Shown here: in pieces, positions 25,524 through 38,639 of the stretch
Layout: every line of letters starts with the position of its first letter
Position numbering within the stretch: position 1 is the stretch's first letter
Assembly (NCBI RefSeq): GCF_018350175.1
Contig: NC_058368.1
Coordinates: forward strand, 130,822,001 to 130,886,000
Source: Felis catus
Taxonomy: Eukaryota
Length of the DNA stretch: 64,000 bases
Direction of reading: 5' to 3'
Notes under the pieces: generated by a model
Seen by the model: the letters and a program-made list of their open reading frames with translations, nothing else
What the model was told of the DNA's origin: nothing
The model's database searches: none
Translations under genes and position numbers: made by a program

Positions 25524-26609
25524 ATGTACGGTTTATCCAAGAAAATGAAAATCAACAATTAAAATGTATTCTCTAGGTTACAAGGCTGCATTATATGTGT
25601 TTGGTGTTAATATTCTTTCCACATTTATATCCATAAGACCCATATTTTTACAATTGAATAAATAATACCAAAATTCCAATAGGAGAAACCTATTCACCTC
25701 CTGCTCAGGTCGCAAGTAGGAGCAGAATGTCTACAGGTGCAGGAAGAGTCTCTTGGTAGAGACAAACAGGGATGTTGCAGTCACGTAAGTGGTTGTGATT
25801 CCCTGGGCCACGTCTATGGCTCCCGGCACTTGTTACAGGACACTGAATGTCTCCATTTATAACCCAAATATACTGCTACTTCACCTCCCCCTGTATTTGA
25901 GATCAGCCCTCTGCATTTAACTTTAGATAAATCCCAAAGCAAGCATGAAAAGATATAATGACCTACAAATTCAATGCAACAAAACAACACACGGCATAGC
26001 TGAAGCGTTTATCATACTTAGCTATAAGCACCTCATGGAGAAAAGCATGGAAATACTAGAGAACCTTATTGAGTCCTGACTCCAAATTTTACCTGCCACA
26101 TAGCCTTAGACAAGTTATAGAATTTCTAATGCCACAACCACCACTGGTTCATTACTTTTGACTAAAAAAGTACTAACCGCTGGCATGATCATGTCACTCT
26201 ATTGCAGCTCGTTTTATCCAGCCACAACCCTGTTGAGGTGGGTAATACTTTCACTTCTAGCTTTACAGAAGACCAAAATAAGGCGCTGAAAGGTTAAACA
26301 AACAAAAAACCTTCCGGGCCATAGAGCTATCAAGCATCAGAACTAGGTTTCAAACCTGTTCATGCCTTTTAGTTAACTCAGTGCCCTTAACCCTTATACT
26401 GACTCAGTTTTCCCAGCTCTACGAAGGTCAAAGTATTAAGAGTAACAAAGTCCTTGGGTATGGGACACAGAAGGAAAGCCACGTGAAAGTGACTGTCAAA
26501 TATTAATTGCTCAGTAAGTAGCCATTGGCTCATCATTCCCCCTTACGTTCCTGTTATTTTAGGCTAATATATTTGGAGCCCAATTACTTGGTGAAGGTTC
26601 ACATACATC

Positions 26610-27383
26610 CTTTTGTCCTAATGACATAGGGGTCAGGAAGAAAACGTAAGGCCAAGGAAGCAGTAGATGGGATGACACGGATAACTATAAACAGGGTCAC
26701 AACATTTCATAGGCCTGTCAACGTTGTTGACAGACTAATGATTTTGAAACCTATCTACAAAGCTACGCTGAAGCCTGGGCAAGAGTAATGACTGTTTCTC
26801 TGAAATGTGAACACGAGGTCACATATTAGAGTGAGTTGGGACAAATGTAAATGACCATATTAAAAAGTCACAAACATGACATTCTAATTACACACTGATA
26901 TTTGATCAGAAGGCAAACAAAAAAAGTGAGACACAAAATGTTGCTATTATTTTTTTTCTCTCTTAGGATTCAATCATCTGTATTTTTTTCCCCCCACAGA
27001 AAATTTTCTCCTTGACCTCTAGTATTAAAATCAGTTTGGATAATGCCTATTTCCAGAATGTATATTTCTAGTTATTATATTGCAATTACATGTTAGATGC
27101 TACAGAAATAGTTTGAAACACTTCAAAGATATTGTGAAAAGTTTATGTAAAAGTGTAAACACTCCATGTGTAATTCTATCTGTAAGTCACGTGGCTTTAA
27201 GGAGGGCTTTGTCCCTTGGCTCTCTACATAGATATGCTTCCACCAGATGCACTTTTTCTGTTGTCTAAGAGTTGATAACGGATTCCAATTTCTGTGACGC
27301 ACTGTACCTCCTTCAAAGAATAAAAAATGTCTTCAGAGTCAAAATACAAGAACAATTTAAGCATCAGTGATGATGATTTATAC
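26610..27383 (-). pseudogene. Large exon remnant(s): end of one RGS-like domain and start of another
   Basis: Acceptor cacagtgcttacag; phase-2 start joins the 29113 exon (WK|YKSSSLMLKLFLYFDSEDIFYSLKEVQ). At ~27045-27160, FTLLHKLFTISLKCFKLFL*HLTCNCNIITRNIH/FWK (1-nt deletion). 3' boundary uncertain. Confidence 0.5.
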
Positions 27384-27564
27384 CTGTAAGCACTGTGTAG
27401 CTTTTAGTAGAAATATTTCAAAGAAACATAGTTTTCTTTTTATATTGATATACATGTTATGTATATTTATATCTATTGCATATATTATACTACTGTGATT
27501 ATATATATTTATATTTGATATTGTGCATAATAATATAGTATATATAGTATACATATATAGTACT

Positions 27565-27995
27565 ACAGGAATTATGTATCCAAAATTTGTGTATTCCTAA
27601 TTAATTTAAGGTTTATTCCATTCAGTACCACCACACTTTGCTTATGCTGGTTCATCGGGTCCTACCAAAATTCACGTTGAAGCCCTAACCCCAAAGCGAC
27701 TGTATTTGAATTTGTTCTTAGGAAGTAATTAAGGTTAAGTGAAGTCATAAGGGTAGGGTTCTAATTTACTAAGATTGAAGGCCTTATAAGAAAAGAAAGA
27801 GTTCTATCTCTCCGTATGCACTCACTGAGGAAAAGGTATGGCAGCAAAGAGTGAGAGGTGGTCGTCTACAAGCCAGGAAGAAGGCTTTTACCAGAGCTCA
27901 AGGAGGCTCTATTTCCAGCCTTCACCACTGTGAGGAATAAATGTTTGTCCACCAGTCCATGGTATTTTCTTATAGCAGTTCAAGCAGACTCAGCA
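27565..27995 (+). mobile_element. MaLR LTR (MLT1A/B-like)
   Basis: aaattcacgttgaagccctaacccc...aagccaggaag...tggtattttcttatagcag. Confidence 0.75.
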
Positions 27996-29112
27996 TGTGT
28001 TAAGGGTATTCTTAGGGGAAACAAAAAACAAAAAACAAAAAACAAAACAAAACAAAAAACCTCTGTGCCAGAGTTTCCTCCTTTAAAATAAAGATTCATC
28101 TTATTACCTTCCATTTACCTCTAATTTCATATTTCTAAATTCCCAAAGAAAGCTCCCTCCTAAAGAATACGGAGTTTGTCAATCTTGCCCCAAATGATTT
28201 TTTTCTTAAACTCTTCCTTCATCTATCTTCCCCTTCGCAACTAATGGTATCAGCTTTGTATGACAAAAATCACTGACAATCTTCAATTTCTATCTTTATC
28301 TCCAATTGTTCGAAAAAATTGTTCAATCTAAACAGATTACACCCAAACCCTTCCGTCCCACTAATATGCTTTACATCAGACCCCCATCATTCTCCCATCC
28401 GATTGCAGAAAGCCTCTTAACTGCTTTTCCTTTTGTGGTTCTGTGGTTTCACTTTCATATCTCTACCATACTTCTGCACGTCCAGTCATTCCTTAACCTT
28501 AGATCTAGGGTTAAAAACAGCAAATAACATCAGTAATGTCAGTGATTCCTAACTTTCTAAACTTTAAAAGACAGGCACAAAAAAGGATCACCTTTAAAAT
28601 GCTGAAATATAAGATTGTCAAACAACTTATTTACAGAATCCAGAAGATGGGAGGAGGGGAGCTGTCACTTAAGTAGAAGGTTAAAGAAGTTGCAACAACT
28701 TCTAGCCCTTTGGGAAAAAAAGGTGGAAAGACACATTCTCCTTTCCCCATTATCTGCCACTGAATCAGAGTACTGGGTTCTGTGCTAAGCAGAAAGCTAT
28801 TCTTGGAATTGTGTTCAGAAGCACATGTAACAGAGAACTTCATCATATCTGTCCCAGAGAGACTTTGCTTAATGCAGGAATTAAAAGATCAAATTGGATT
28901 GACCCTCACGGCCCTTATCTTCCAACAAGTCTTAGATTCAGGTTAATAGCATTTGGCAGCAGCTGAAAGAATGTCCATCCATTCAATTGCCAAACACTGT
29001 AATGCACAAAATTAAGTTGTTCTATTTCATGTGCTAGTTAGAATTTATTCTCCCAAATGGCAGAAGAGGCGCACTTTTGTACTCTCTTGAAGAGAAGTAA
29101 TTTACGCCCTAC

Positions 29113-29321
29113 TTCCATGTTAAATTACTTAAGCAGATAGTTCTATCAGCCAGAATTTTTTTCCCTGTCCTTTGTAGTATAGTAAATTTTGAGGTACAAA
29201 TTGCTCGAGTAAAAGAACTTTCAAATTTGCGAGGCACTCTCTTCAGATATTTGTTATGATACACGAGCAAAACGTGCACACAAATTTTCTTCTTTCCTTC
29301 CACTCTCCAAACAAATAATTA
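29113..29321 (-). pseudogene. Exon remnant, RGS-like middle helix
   Basis: Donor GAA|gtaggg; acceptor apparently mutated (cccctctgg). ORF 29109..29303: ...VLLVYHNKYLKRVPRKFESS...SNLTWK. Confidence 0.5.
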
Positions 29322-29976
29322 CCAGAGGGGATTAAAATAACATGCAAAATTTTAGGACAGACAGAATGAGTGAAACAACACAAGTATTGGATTTGAAATG
29401 CAAATGTGGAATGAGGAAGGCAGGACTAAACTAGACATTAGAGATAGAAAGTAAAAAGAGCTAGGGTAGGTGGACAAGTATTTATTCATTAATTCAGTCA
29501 TTCAAGCATTCATTTGTGCATTCATTTAGTATCTTTTCATTGTGTTGGAAGTGGAGATTGCAAGAGTTATCAGAAAGAAAATCTGATGTCAGGAATTTAA
29601 AGAGTGAGAAGATATACACACAAAAATGTACCCGGAATAGAAGGTGAGTGCTATCATAGAAATCAATCAGGTGTGTAGGAACTCAAATGAAGAAGAGTTA
29701 TGGCTTTTTATTACTCCAAATATAGTTAATTCAAATTATCTTTGATACTTTTGGTTTAATGAACTTTTCTGAAGATGACCAAAATACTTTTTTTTTAATT
29801 TTCCAGGAATAGAAAATAAGCCTAAATAAAATCCTATTTAACCCACCGCTTGAATATTATTTTTAATGGACATGAAATATCACATAATGCTGTTTACCCA
29901 ACATGGCTGACTATACCATATGGAATGGTACTTCCTGAAATAGTGTATTGACTTGATGTTACACTATTTATCTTAC

Positions 29977-30128
29977 TTCATTTTCTCATTCAATTCATCT
30001 CTTCTTTGTACCTTTAACGTCCACTCTGGGAAAAGTTTGCAAAGATTTATAAAGGTGTTGGGAGGCAGTCCATTAGGTTTTAGGGTCCTTCTGAGAGCTG
30101 TCAGTCTGAATGTTATTCCTCTCCTGGC
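29977..30128 (-). pseudogene. Exon remnant (152 nt)
   Basis: Acceptor atgtagttttcag, donor GAA|gtaaga, open frame ARRGITFRLTALRRTLKPNGLPPNTFINLCKLFPEWTLKVQRRDELNEKM. Confidence 0.55.
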
Positions 30129-30214
30129 CTGAAAACTACATTGTTACCAACATCCTCATTCACATCAAATAGCCCAGTTAATTTAACTAAGGATGATATT
30201 AGCTTCAGAAGTTG

Positions 30215-30415
30215 TATATATGTATATATATATATATGTATATGTGTGTGTGTATGTGTGTGTATATGTATATGTGTATATATATATATATACACACACA
30301 CATATACATATATACATACACACACATACACACACACTGAATCTTGTAACTTGTTACTGTTTTATTCTACTTTTATTACTTTATGTTTATTACTTTATGT
30401 TTATTACTTTATGTT
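30215..30415. repeat. (TA/TG/CA)n microsatellite followed by ttattactttatgt 14-mer repeats
   Basis: Seen directly. Confidence 0.85.
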
Positions 30416-30624
30416 GATTTGTCACGTTTCAACAATATGGAAAGCTGGATTTCACTTTTCTGCATACTTAATTCTTTCAAAGTAAAATTTCCATTGAATA
30501 AAAGGGTTATGTTGTAAATACTCAAATGTGTGCTTTATATCTTGCAGTTTAAGACTTGCAAGCCAATCACTATAGCAAATATGGTGTTACTTGTTAGAGT
30601 ATGTTTGCTCCACAATATTGCCTT

Positions 30625-31195
30625 TGATCCTTTGTCAAAGATCAGCTTTTGTAGTGAATTGATTTCTTGACTGTTCTATTGATCTATTTGTCCATTCTTT
30701 TGTGAACCACCATGTTGATTACTGTACCTATCTTTAAGTAGGATAATATCGGTCCTCCAGCTTTGGTCTTCCCCTTCAATATTGTGTTGGCTATTCTTAG
30801 CCTTTTTATCTTTCCACATAAACTTTAGAATCAGTATGTTGATATCCACAAAATAACTTGCTGGCATTTTGATTAGGATTCCATTTAATCTATAGTTCAA
30901 GTTAGGAACAACTGGATCTTGACAATATTGAGTCTTCCTACCTATCAAAGTGGGCTGTATCTTCATTTGTTTAGTTCTTCTTTAATTTGATTTTTCAAAG
31001 TTTTGTAATTTTTTCTCATGTCTATCTTGTACATATTTTGTTAGATTTATGCCTAAGTGTTTAATTTTAAAGGCGTGCTGATATAAATGGTATTGTGTTT
31101 TTAATTTCAAAGTCCGTGTGTTCACTGTTGGTATAAAGTGACTGAATTTGTATTTCAGTTTCATATCCAGCAACCCTATTATTTGAAATATCCTA
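30625..31195 (-). mobile_element. Ancient L1 ORF2 fragment
   Basis: ORFs 30676..30966 and 30982..31203 show L1 RT-region motifs (HLGINLTK, ILKFMWK). Confidence 0.85.
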
Positions 31196-32606
31196 TTTTT
31201 CAAGCAAACTTAGAGGGCGGTATGCATGAGAAAACAGAGAATATAAAATTCAAGGACCTTGGCAAAAGCCAGAAAGGATTAATATCATGTTTTTCTGATG
31301 GTACAGACTGAGCTTTGCACTAGGCCATGTTTCCTATGAGCATTTAAAGAGCTACTTAACACTGCTACAAAATGAGTACTAAGTTCATTACTTATGACCA
31401 TTCATTAAAGTTACACTAGGATACTAGTACAACTGTTCACGGGCTAAAAACTATAAATTAAACAGAGTCACTCCCTCCAAAAACAACTCCAAACAAAAAC
31501 AATTATCAACAAAAATGGGAATGAAAAGACATTTCATGCATTAAATTACTAAGATACACGTTGAAAGATGAAGAGGACAAATAGATGGATAAATATGTGG
31601 TAAGGAAAGTTTCCCAATGCTTTTTTAGAACTAGGTGGCACGTATTTGGGTTTAATCATGGAATTCTTTGTCTCTTCTGAATAACTGATAATTTTCATAA
31701 TGAAATTGGAAGGTTTTTTTGATATAAGTGACTTCCAGAGCTGCTGATACTATAATGAAGATAATGCAGAAGATTTAAAAGTTAAATAATTTAGCTGCTT
31801 TTATTGATTACAACAAAAACATTTCTCCCTGATGTCAATGTGACATCCAACATAGAGATGTATGAAAGCAATTCCATATTACATTTAAAAATGATGTATT
31901 TGGGTCACATAAAAGCTAAACTGAAATAAAGGACAAAATCCATACATGGTAGAAAGTCTTACGTATTTATGTACACACCCACTGACACACAAAGAGCTTT
32001 TAGTAATACAAGAGCAAACTGGAATTTGAAATTCAGAAACTAACAACCAAAATGGACCAAAAAATTGGAAGAAATAAGGTGAGTATTATTCACTTTAAGA
32101 TATAGAAAAATATTGGAAGAAAAAAAAATCACTCCCAAAGTAAAAACTAAATTTCTAAAGTGTCCAATGAATTAAAATTGTGTGTGTTTTGATGAGAGTG
32201 AAATGAAAATGAGATAAAGACAGTCTAGAGAAAGTGATCAAAATGAAGGATTGGCCCCTGCAAAATCTAATATTCGAGTCTTTGAAGAAAAAAAAACTAC
32301 AACAATAAAATTAATATTTAAACTACAGTTTAGAGAAACTTTGCTTAAATCAAAGAGTAGTTTTCTATATAAGTGATTATCAAAGTATCTAGAAAATTTG
32401 ACCAGGAATTCTCAACTTCAAGACATACCCTAGACAGAGTTGTAGCATATGCACATTCTTTAAAGACAAAGGAAAAAACCCCAGAGGTTCCGGCAAGCTT
32501 ACAAAAAGTCTTACAAGATCAAGAGAATTAAGTTGACGTCCTATTTCCCAAAACAACTAATACAACAAGGCAACAGTGGAACATTACCCCAAAATTTCAA
32601 GATCTA

Positions 32607-32752
32607 GGAGTACCTCAGTGGCTCAGTCAGCTAAGAGTCTGACTTTGGTTCAGGTCATGATCTCACAGTTGGTGAGTTCGAGCCCCATGTTGGACTCTGC
32701 ACTAACAGCTCAGAGCAGCCTGGAGCCCGCATCAGATTCTTTGTCTTCGTGT

Positions 32753-32808
<56 letters not shown>

Positions 32809-32873
32809 GTCACTCCCCAACTTGCACTCTCTCTCAAAAATAAATACTCTTAAAGAAATTTTTAAAAATTCAT
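32607..32873 (+). mobile_element. Can-SINE with long (CT)n
   Basis: TSD core ttcaagatcta. Confidence 0.9.
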
Positions 32874-32946
32874 AAAAATTCAAGATCTAAACTGCGAACC
32901 AATGATTTTATATCCATCTCAAATATCCTTAAAAATGAAGTCTACA

Positions 32947-33180
32947 GGGGTGCCTAGGTGGCTCAGTCAGTTAAGCATGTGATTTCAGCTCAGATGGTGA
33001 TCTCACGGTTTGTGAGTTCAAACCCCGCCTTGGGCTCTCTGCTGACAGCTCAGAGCCTGGAGCCTGCTTCAGATTCTGTGTCTCCCTCTCTCTCTCTCTC
33101 TGTCCCTCCCCTGCTTGTGCTCTTGTTCTCTCCCTCTCCCTCTATCTCAAAAATAAAAAATAAACATAAAAAATTTTCAA
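32947..33180 (+). mobile_element. Can-SINE
   Basis: Full head, body and tail. Confidence 0.9.
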
Positions 33181-33470
33181 AGAGTCAGAACATTTAAAAT
33201 GTTAAGTCCATAAAAAAATTTTTTTAAGAAGAAATCAAGAAATACTGCTCTTTTGAGTCCTTCTTGAAGAATCTAGAGTTTTATTTAACCAAGAGATGAC
33301 TGAAATCACTTCGGCAACAAGACTTAAGGGAAGTATTATATATGTTTAATCATGGATCTAAAATTAAAATAAAGGAAGTATGAGAGTAGAAGAATAATTT
33401 ATTTTTATAATTGGCCCAATTGCATTCTGGTCAAGTAAAATTGACGCAATTTTAAAAATGTGAGAAGCGA

Positions 33471-33689
33471 GGGGCGCCTGGGTGGCTCAGTCGGTTGAGT
33501 GTCCAACTTCAGCTCAGGTCACCATCTCACGGTCTGTGAGTTCGAGCCCCGCGTGGGCCTCTGTGCTGACGGCTCGGAGCCTGGAGCCTGCTTCCGGTTC
33601 TGTGTCTCCCTCTCTCTCTGACCCTCCCCCATTCATGCTCTGTCTCTCTCTGTCTCAAAAATAAATAAATGTTAAAAAAAAATTAAAAA
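33471..33689 (+). mobile_element. Fairly young felid SINE
   Basis: Perfect TSD aaaaatgtgagaagcga. Confidence 0.95.
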
Positions 33690-34225
33690 AAAAATGTGAG
33701 AAGCGAGAAACAAAGTGCAAAGTAGGAAACCACCCGTCCCACGTGATCTAGGAATAAGGTCAGAGTGAAAGGATACCATTAAAACTGACAGAAAAAACAA
33801 CTAAAGGCTAAATAAGCAAAGAGTAATAAGGGAATTGAAAATGCAAACCCCTTAAATACTAAAAGGAATTCTAAAGAAGAGAGCAAAGAAAAAATGTCAT
33901 GAAGAGGTAGACACACGGGAATTATAACATTATAAATTATTTGATAAAATTATATAGTAAGTTATATATTAGAGATTCAAAAAATATAAATAAGGTAAAT
34001 TACATATTGAAAAATAGTTTCATTTAGTTCACATAATTAGCTCTATGTTACAAATAAGATGTTGGCAAAGCAGCATTCCGAAACACATTAATTCTTCCAG
34101 AAAGACAATTTATGTTGCTAAAGCAGTAATTCACAATGAAGATATAATAGTTAATAATATAGATGCAATTATCAACACAACAACCAACTTTATGAATGAG
34201 AAATTACAATAGAAGATTTAACTAT

Positions 34226-34583
34226 AGCGTATTATGCTAAGTGAAATAGTCACAGAAAGGCAGGTATCATATAATCTCACTCGTGTGGAATCTGAGAAAC
34301 ACAACAGATGAGCATAGGGGAAAGGAAGGAAAAATAACATAAAAATACAGAGGGAGCCAAACCATAAGAGATTCTTAAAAACAGAGAACTGAGGGTTGAT
34401 GGGGGTGGGGGGGGGGTGTTAAATGTGTGATAGGCATTAAAGAGGGCACTCTTGGGATGAGTACTGGGTGTCATAGATAAGAGAACAATCACTAGGTTCT
34501 GGTCCTGAAGCCATGACAACTATGTCAACTAATTTGAATTTAAATAAACAATAAGAAAATACAAATAAAAAAAAATAAATAAA
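34226..34583 (+). mobile_element. Carnivore L1 3'UTR
   Basis: attatgctaagtgaaa...gggatgagtactgggtg...A-rich tail. Confidence 0.85.
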
Positions 34584-36099
34584 ATCCCAGTTTTCCTAGC
34601 CCCCAAAAACATGCTCACAAGAAACAAACTGGTTTAAAAATTATGATAAAAAATTACCTTGAAACTTACATGGCAAGTATGTATGTAACAAGTCATACTC
34701 TTTAATTTTAAATAAAATTATTAACCTTATCAAAAAAAAAAGAACGTGTAAGAAAATACTAATAGGAGATCATAACACATCACTATGCAAACAGAATGAA
34801 GCAGTTGCCTATTACTGCATAACCTGAAAGCTTAACTTAATTATTTTTCAGGTTGCGTACATTAATTAGATGGTTATTGTTCTTGTCACTACCCAGATGG
34901 TGCCTTGATTAGGACTAGAAGTTTTCAGATAGTATCAGGTGAGAAGTCCCATAACATCATTTCTGCCACATTCAATTGGTCAAACCAAGTCATAAGATTA
35001 GTCCAGTTGAAAGGGGTACAGTAATAGAGCTCACTAATGGCAAAATCTGAGAAAGACTATGATATTTTTCTATTTACTACACATATCAAGTGGACAAAAA
35101 CAAGGTAAGGATTTATATGACCTAAATTACATGATAAAGTCAATTTTATAACTATATATTGAACTCTACACTTTCATGATAGAGAATAACCCTCTCAGGT
35201 AAACACGGGGCATTCATAAAAAATGATCACCCATTAGGTCACAAAGAAAGTGTCAATAAATCCCTTACGTAGACATGAAAGGATTCTCTGTGTAAGCCAA
35301 TAAAACTAAAAAATAACCAAATCATCAAAACAAAAACTTAGAATTGTTTTTAAAAATCTTTTAAAAAATTCATGTGTAAAAGGAAAAATACACCTATTTT
35401 TTTTTTTGCTGTATTTAGTTTCCAAATGATGAAAAAAGGGAAAGTACATTCACTGAACACTGCTATCTATCCTACACAACCACAAATAAGTTAACCTCCT
35501 CAAAAAATGAAACAAAACCCCTTTACCTATTTTTGAGTGATATTCATTGCTTTCCTAACTGAACCATGTATTCTTTTGATATCCTATAATGTTAACATTG
35601 AGGTATGTTACATACTATAAAGACATCTTACGTTAAATGGTAGGGGAACTGGAAAAAACAAGAGGGGAAAATCAGTTAAATTGTACAGTTTTCCTTCCAT
35701 GGGACTTGAGCTGGAAAATTAAAGCCCTGAGCTCATGATTATCTATCAGCCAACTTTCCAGTGCACTTCAAAGGCAATGATCAAATCTATCTTACTGCTT
35801 ACTTTCGTTAAAGTATTTTATGTTAGTAAATACTTGGTCCCCCAAAGCCTTGCCTTATCCATGCACTCTATAGTTCTCTACTGATGATAATTAAAGTAAC
35901 TATCTGCTATTGTATGCCATAGATTATCAATGCTCCTTTTACCACTGGAAATGGGTTCATTAACACCTTTAAATCTCATCAGAGCAGAGAATCAGTTCCA
36001 GATAAAGTATCATCAATTCAGAGGAGAGATCTTTAAAAGTTTCTACCTCAGGAACCATTGGAATCATCTCCAGAACGAAGTTTGTTTTTTTTTTTTTTA

Positions 36100-36900
36100 A
36101 GCACTTGGTGGTAAAGAGAGTGATAGAAACAGAATCAGTAGGAAGGATAGAGAATATGGATTTAAAGTACAGGTTTGACTTTACTTAATTTTTGGGAGTT
36201 GATTAAACAGTTGCTGTATGGTTGTTGCTTCTGTAATTGATCCTGGGCTGGCTGGTGATTCGTAGAAGCTAAAAGAAGGATCCAGTAGGCAATGAAAGAG
36301 TGGTTACCCTCAAAATTGCACACAGTAATGTAAAATTTGGGAAAACTCAAGGAGGTGGTCATTCAAATGACCTAATGGGAACTAGAGGGGTCCATCTGCT
36401 ATTCCAGAAGCTCTTACCCCTGCCCCTGGTTGTAGGTAAGCTTAAAAGAAGAAATGGTGAGAAATAGAGTTGCTGCAAACTTATCCTTTCCCCATAGCAA
36501 TAAGGACCTAGCTAAGATTTAGTCAGGGTCTAGGATAACATATATAGAAAAGGATCTTGATGGTGTGGTAATGAGCTAGGTAAAATGTAATTCTGGGTGA
36601 CGATTGGTACTGATCAATTACCCATGATATTATACTTTACATCCTGATAAGGACAAAAAGGACCTGTTTTAATAGTTTTCTAAAATCACTTCTTGACTCT
36701 TATATATGATAATAATTCATAGCAAACAAGGTAGAAATGTTATAATTAGCATGGAATAATATTAGGTAAGCCAAAAGGTTCAGGGAGAGGGAAATGTATT
36801 AGAATGTATTGCCTATGTGAGATCTGGGAACCCACCAACCTGATTATGGTTCCCAAGAAGTTCCAGAGGTCACTCCACCTTAAACCAAGAAGAAATATAC
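36100..36900 (+). mobile_element. Degraded ERVL-class internal (gag-like) sequence
   Basis: 36731-36880 reads across shifts as VEML*LAW..KRFRE..LECIAYVRSGNPP.DY..E.PE.TP, like recalled ERVL gag. Confidence 0.55.
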
Positions 36901-37129
36901 TAAGAGAGAAACCAGCAAATCTGAAATTAAATATAGGTGATTTAATTAAATAATTTTTTCAGATTGTACATGGCCATCATCTTAAACAGATGATCTTGTA
37001 TGAAACACGAGGGCGTCTTGTTTGGCACCATGGAAGCCACAATAGTGGATCATATGATGGTTGCCAACTATAATGGGAAGCCAGTTATAATGCACATGAA
37101 GGCGGTGTATATAAAACGCCTATTTCTTA

Positions 37130-37590
37130 TGCTTGCTTTGAACTCTCCGGTTCTCACTTGATATTCAACTGCTGTGTAGTTCCAGTGGGCTTCAGGGGAA
37201 CATAACCCTATGATCCCTCCTTGTAGTCCTACCATGTGCTTCTCACCTATTATCCCAAGGCTTACCTGAGGACACAATTTACTGAGAAATTTCAGAGCAT
37301 ACTTGTGCAATCAATGCATACTGAAAGAAAAAAGTTCGCTCACAGTGGGACACAGGAGCTGGCAGATCAATTTCCTCTATTCTTCCCCCTTCAAATGCAG
37401 CCCTGAAATATACTGAAAACAGCCCAATATAATTAAATAACCAGTTGTCCTGGATATTAATCTTAATAACACACTACATGTGTTTTCTCTCCCTCCTGCC
37501 CGGTACCATTCTTCCACCACTTACTGGGATATGGTTCCCAATAAAGCGTTAGCAAATATACCTTTACCTCGAGTTCCATTTCTAGAAATT
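37130..37590 (+). mobile_element. ERVL LTR (LTR16-like)
   Basis: 3' end tcccaataaagcgttagca...ttacctcgag...tttctag. Confidence 0.55.
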
Positions 37591-37740
37591 GAGATGAATA
37601 AAATGGGGGTAAACCAAAAGTTTCAGAAAGACTAGAATTTTAAAGGTCTACATAGCTTTTGTGCAGTGGCAAATAAATATAATAACCATGGTCGTTACCC
37701 GGCCTCTCCAACCCAAACATCAAACTCATTGTTCAGGACT

Positions 37741-37925
37741 GATGGTTCTCCAAGTTGGGTATCCCAGCAAGAAGCATCATTATAACCTGGGAAATTGTTA
37801 GAAATGAATCCTTTCCCTATAGGAGTCTTTGATCCAGACACATTAGATAGGATATGCAGGGAGTGGGGCACAGCCTTCTTTTCCAGTGATTGCAAAGCAC
37901 GTAAGGTATGAGAAACACTGCTCTA
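37741..37925. mobile_element. MER5A-like hAT MITE
   Basis: ggttctccaagt...acctgggaaattgttagaaatg...tgagaaacactgctcta. Confidence 0.7.
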
Positions 37926-38149
37926 AGCTTTGAGCTGGCTTCTTCTGATCCCCAGTGCAAATGGGAGTAGTGGACAGGCCAAAGTTCAGATGCTTTAATA
38001 TGGCACATCTACACTCTGTTTCCCAGCCCCTCCTAGTTATGCAAAGGCGCTTCTGGAATGAGAAATTGCATCCTGCTAGAAGCAAATTGCGATGTTTCCA
38101 AACACAAAGAGGGAGGATTTTGTCTTCATGATTATCACTGCTTTTTTCC

Positions 38150-38580
38150 ATAGTGGTTTCTAAGAGGTTTGTCTTTTTTGTTTTTTTGATGAGTTATGTT
38201 GAATTTTGTGAATGCTTTTTTGGTTCATTAACATTCTATAGTGTTCTCCTTTAATCTATGAAGATAATGAATCTAAATAATCCATTTTCTAATATGAAAC
38301 AGATAAAAATTTTACTTTCCTGGGATAAAGCCAAGTTGGTTATGATGTAATTAATATTGCTAGATCATGTTTGTTATTTTGTTGAGGACTTTGCCTCTAT
38401 ATTCACACACGAGGCTAATTGGTAGTATTTTTTTCTCATACTGTTTTTTTATCCCTTGTTGTCAGACTACTTTCTTTTCCAATTGTCTAGACAACTTTCA
38501 CATACTGCAATTATTTCTTCATTTAATGTTGGTGTAACCTACCAGTGAAACCTCCTGGTTCTGCAGTTTGCTCTGTGGGG
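38150..38580 (-). mobile_element. Ancient L1 ORF2 fragment
   Basis: tgttgaattttgtgaatgc...tcctgggataaa...ccagtgaaacc. Confidence 0.7.
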
Positions 38581-38639
38581 CTTTGGAAGGGAAAGGGCAG
38601 GGGACAGATCATTCTAGGAACCTTTTTTCCCCCTAACCC

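Larger units (their letters stand above)
31500..35400 (+). mobile_element. Highly degraded ancient L1 with nested insertions
   Basis: A-rich L1-like ORF1/ORF2 remnants interrupted by 3 SINEs, a younger L1 and an LTR piece. Confidence 0.55.
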
